Of a DNA stretch of 64,000 bases, positions 62,837 to 64,000 are shown one piece after another. A model generated the notes under the pieces. The model saw only the letters and a program-made list of their open reading frames with translations. It was not told the DNA's origin and did no database searches. Within the stretch, counting starts at the first letter, position 1; the number at the start of each line of letters is the position of its first letter. Origin of the DNA: Flavobacteriales bacterium (GTDB taxonomy: Bacteria; Bacteroidota; Bacteroidia; Flavobacteriales; BACL11). The position numbers were made by a program, and so were the translations under genes. The stretch lies in contig JAOHSR010000003.1 in NCBI GenBank assembly GCA_028122735.1, positions 10,543 to 74,542 on the forward strand, read 5' to 3'.

Positions 62837-62910
62837 GGCTCAGTAGTTCAACTGGATAGAATATCAGATTTCGGCTCTGACGGTTGGAGGTTCGAATCCT
62901 CCCTGGGTCA
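62837..62910 (+). tRNA. tRNA-Arg(TCG), CCA not encoded
   Basis: Cloverleaf: acceptor GGCTCAG/CTGGGTC, anticodon arm TCAGA-TTTCGGC-TCTGA, T-loop TTCGAAT; TAGTTTTG promoter at 62821-62828. Confidence 0.95.
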
Positions 62911-62915
62911 CATAA

Positions 62916-64000
62916 TTATTCAATAATTATCTTTTTTATAATACTCCCGTTTTTACGTTGGTGTAACAAGATCTTATTGTTTTCAAGTTTATTTCTTTTA
63001 CCTAATAAGTTATAAATACCCCCATCTCTTAAATCTTGATTTATTTCATTTACAGTTGATAAACATTGAATATTTATAGTATCAGAGTAAAATATCAGAT
63101 CATTAAGTTCTGATTCTAATTCAATTACAATATGTAAGTCACCTGAAATGTTTGGTGTTACAAATAGGTTGGTGAAATTTATTTGACTTGTATATCCTGC
63201 ACTGTAGTTATTACCATCATTCGGAGATGTTGTTGAGACTCTTACTCCTGAAGAGGTGTTTTCAATTGCAAAAAATCCAATTAAACTACCACTACTATCA
63301 TATGAATTTATAATTGCATAATTTGCCCCAGCAATTAGCCCTACCCTAAGTGTACTATTTATGTTTTGTGTAGCTGAGTTTAAGACTGCGTAGCCAACGG
63401 AGTCTCCTGAACTTACAGAGGAAATATTAAAATAACCACCATCTGTTGTTATAGTGCTATTACCAATATCAGGCTCATTTTGAGATTGGTTAATCTGCAC
63501 TAATAATGACGAGGGGGTATTGCATTGTGTGCTACTTAAAGAAGTCGAGATTATAGGATTAAATGGCGCAGGTACAAATATACTGGTGGTAAATGTATCG
63601 CTCGCTGACCATAGAGAACCCATATTTAGTGTAGAATCATGGTAAGCCATAATTTGCCATTCATAGGTTGTGTTTTGTTGTAGAATAGGAATATTTGTGA
63701 AGTTAACCCCACTATTTATAAGGCCCAAATTCTGCCAGTTGTTTGTATTATATATTCTATAATGTACTCTATATCTATCTGCTGTCGGGACATTATTCCA
63801 GTTTGCTTGAGCAGAATTATATGTTATGTTATTGGTTGTCAACCCATTAGGTGTGGGGCATAATGTTGTGGAAGTGAAAAAAGTATCTACTTGTGACCAA
63901 TTAGAATAATTATTATTTATTGTATCGCAATGACTTCTTATTTGCCAGATGTAAGTTGAATTATCAACTAGGTTATTAAGTACTTTTGATGTTAAAAGCG
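62916..64000 (-). CDS. Fibronectin type III repeat secreted protein, 5'-truncated by the window edge
   Basis: Frame stays open beyond 63842 to the edge (...NSTYIWQIRSHCD...CPTPNGLTTNN); FN3 pattern W...YRVHYR...TTYEWQI; short CTD-like tail IYNLLGK...KKIIIE. Confidence 0.82.
   Translation of the reverse strand, partial: LLTSKVLNNLVDNSTYIWQIRSHCDTINNNYSNWSQVDTFFTSTTLCPTPNGLTTNNITYNSAQANWNNVPTADRYRVHYRIYNTNNWQNLGLINSGVNFTNIPILQQNTTYEWQIMAYHDSTLNMGSLWSASDTFTTSIFVPAPFNPIISTSLSSTQCNTPSSLLVQINQSQNEPDIGNSTITTDGGYFNISSVSSGDSVGYAVLNSATQNINSTLRVGLIAGANYAIINSYDSSGSLIGFFAIENTSSGVRVSTTSPNDGNNYSAGYTSQINFTNLFVTPNISGDLHIVIELESELNDLIFYSDTINIQCLSTVNEINQDLRDGGIYNLLGKRNKLENNKILLHQRKNGSIIKKIIIE

Noticed and set aside
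62837-64000. tRNA as the integration site of a mobile element
   Set aside because: No integrase and no duplicated tRNA 3' end are visible in the window.

Overview
This is an AT-rich, very tightly packed chromosome segment from a Bacteroidota bacterium, most consistent with a streamlined marine Flavobacteriales (T9SS genes, TAnnTTTG promoters, split atp operon). Positions 1-15 kb hold a beta-glucan (laminarin-type) locus. It has a GH3 lipoprotein, a T9SS-secreted GH16 and two large apparently non-catalytic T9SS proteins (961 and 2002 aa) built from shared Cys/Asp-rich modules, next to gap and a divergent BadF-type sugar kinase. The rest is mostly housekeeping: ALDH7, an antiporter, rseP-dxr, sprE-bactofilin, atpZBEFHAG, envelope genes, tatA (missed by the ORF track), gatA, a type-B T9SS cargo/PorP/PorE triad, rpoN-asnS-dxs, mltD, a TonB receptor, recO, porZ and tRNA-Arg(TCG). 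The main hunt results are: (1) a recurrent 17-bp palindrome AGTGT-N7-ACACT (NrtR-family-like operator) on the promoters of gap, the kinase and the giant secreted protein; (2) a modular secreted glycan-capture system with no SusC/SusD in view, sharing 11 copies of one module, 9 with WCGxC; (3) a three-hairpin RNA in the gap 3' UTR with complementary loops and a 12-nt antisense match to the leader of the GH16/GH3 operon; (4) a phage-like domain inserted in the giant protein. All calls come from reading the sequence by eye; no searches were run.
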